A stretch of DNA of 64,000 nucleotides, taken from the NCBI GenBank assembly GCA_963675215.1, contig OY775914.1, positions 3,489,127 through 3,553,126 of the forward strand, in the 5' to 3' direction. The position numbers and the translations under genes are program-made. Shown in pieces: positions 62,487 through 64,000 of the stretch. The DNA comes from Bacteroidales bacterium. Lineage in GTDB: Bacteria > Bacteroidota > Bacteroidia > Bacteroidales > GCA-2711565. The notes beneath the pieces are model-generated. The model was not told the DNA's origin. It did no database searches and saw only the letters and a list, made by a program, of their open reading frames with translations. The stretch's first letter is position 1. Every line of letters starts with the position of its first letter.

Positions 62487-63566
62487 ATGGCTTACTACCA
62501 TTCAAAGTATCGAACATTTAAAAAGAAACCAAGAATACATAAATTAATTATTTATGTATTACTCATCCTGATTGCAACCTCCCTCTTTGTTGGCTATTTA
62601 TTATTTCAGATTATTAAAATGCCAAATGTTTGGCTAAGTAAAGGTGAAAGCATTTCAATTTACATCCCAACAGGAGCAAACTTTAATGATGTTAAAAATA
62701 TTTTATACAAGGATGGCTTAATCATTCATCGTAATAATTTTGAGTGGTGGGCTCAAAAGAAAAAATATCCTGAAAACATAAAAGCCGGAAAATACCTTAT
62801 CCTAAATGAGATGTCGAATAATGATTTGATTAATCATCTTAGGTCGGGAGAACAACAGCCGGTTAAATTAATTTTCAACAATATGCGCGATCCAGAGCAA
62901 TTAGCGCAAAGAGTGGCCGAACAATTAGAAATAGATTCTGCCTCAATTATGAACCTCCTCAGCGACAGCGTTTATATTTCAAAATTAGGATTCGACAAGC
63001 ATTCAATCTCAAGTCTATTTATTCCAAATACTTACGAGATATTCTGGAATGTAAGTGCTGAAAATTTTATTAAAAGAATGGTTCGTGAGTATGAAAGTTT
63101 TTGGAATACGGAAAGGAAAGCCAAAGCCGAAGAACTCAAATTAAGCAGAATCGAAGTCGTAACCCTTGCTTCGATCGTTGATAAGGAAACACAAATAAAT
63201 GACGAAAAGAAAATTATTGCAGGACTTTATATTAATCGTTTAAACCGAAAATGGTTATTGCAGGCTGATCCCACTTTAATTTTTGCCTTAGGCGATTTTA
63301 ATATTAACAGGGTACTGAATGTTCATAAAGAAATCGATTCGCCATATAATACTTACAAACATCAAGGGCTGCCTCCTGGCCCTATTTGTATCCCTTCTAT
63401 AACTTCAATTGATGCGGTTTTAAACCATGCCGAACATGACTATCTTTATATGTGTGCCAAAGATGACTTATCAGGATTTCATGTTTTTGCTAAGAATATT
63501 CGTGAGCATAATCGAAATGCAGAAAAGTACCAAACGGCTCTTGACAAACTAAGAATTTGGAAATAG
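62487..63566 (+). CDS. mltG: Endolytic transglycosylase MltG
   Basis: LASIVDKET, LQADPT, SPYNTY, GLPPGPI. Confidence 0.95.
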   Translation: MAYYHSKYRTFKKKPRIHKLIIYVLLILIATSLFVGYLLFQIIKMPNVWLSKGESISIYIPTGANFNDVKNILYKDGLIIHRNNFEWWAQKKKYPENIKAGKYLILNEMSNNDLINHLRSGEQQPVKLIFNNMRDPEQLAQRVAEQLEIDSASIMNLLSDSVYISKLGFDKHSISSLFIPNTYEIFWNVSAENFIKRMVREYESFWNTERKAKAEELKLSRIEVVTLASIVDKETQINDEKKIIAGLYINRLNRKWLLQADPTLIFALGDFNINRVLNVHKEIDSPYNTYKHQGLPPGPICIPSITSIDAVLNHAEHDYLYMCAKDDLSGFHVFAKNIREHNRNAEKYQTALDKLRIWK

Positions 63567-63628
63567 GAACCAAATAACTAATTGATCACCCGAAATATTC
63601 AAGTTAAATTTTAGTATAGAAAAAATAC

Positions 63629-64000
63629 ATGGAAGGAATAAAAACAATAATTTGGGATTGGAATGGAACTTTACTTGATGATGCTGAGATATGCAGAAAT
63701 ATCATTAATAAACTTTTAACAAACCGAAATATCCCTTCTTTAAGTATTGAAAAATATAAACAGATATTTACATTTCCGGTTAAAGATTACTACCGTAAAG
63801 CCGGCTTTGACTTTAGCAAAGAAGCTTTTGAAATTCCTGCCGACGAATTTATGTTTTCCTACCATAAAATTATTAAAACAGCAAGCTTACACAAAGGAAC
63901 CAATATCATCTTAAACTTTGCAAAAAAAAAGTACAAGCAGTTTATTGTATCGGCCATGGAGCAAGATTCATTAGTTAATTTAGTTCAAAAACATAATATT
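63629..64000 (+). CDS. HAD-family hydrolase (3' truncated by the window edge)
   Basis: Hand translation MEGIKTIIWDWNGTLLDD...FIVSAMEQ; no stop seen before the window end; absent from the ORF track. Confidence 0.85.
   Translation, partial: MEGIKTIIWDWNGTLLDDAEICRNIINKLLTNRNIPSLSIEKYKQIFTFPVKDYYRKAGFDFSKEAFEIPADEFMFSYHKIIKTASLHKGTNIILNFAKKKYKQFIVSAMEQDSLVNLVQKHNI

Overview
AT-rich chromosomal window from a Bacteroidota bacterium (TAnnTTTG -7 promoters, short RpoD, TonB-dependent receptor, gliding-motility C-terminal domain protein). The right third (38.9-64 kb) is mostly housekeeping: rpsA, ychF, yajC, coaE, yidC, pyrG, gap, rpoD, degP, dapF, mltG. The best candidate for an undescribed system is the operon at 11.8-17.8 kb: small leader ORF, KamA-family radical-SAM/PLP 2,3-aminomutase with Arg at the lysine-binding Asp position, PcaI/PcaJ, a beta-aminotransferase-like enzyme and PcaF. 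I infer an O2-independent route 2-aminoadipate -> 3-aminoadipate -> 3-oxoadipate -> succinyl-CoA + acetyl-CoA, lying 2.3 kb from a DUF1338 + YdiJ pair (known O2-dependent 2-oxoadipate route). Second is a TPR-CHAT protease / ECF sigma / TPR anti-sigma module with an unannotated divergent 40-aa Pro/Asp-rich peptide gene. Also seen: an integron-cassette-like nuclease gene with an attC-like site, covarying REP-like hairpin repeats, a poly-T frameshift in a signal peptide, and a LytTR-type direct repeat. All family calls come from motif recognition by eye; no searches were run.
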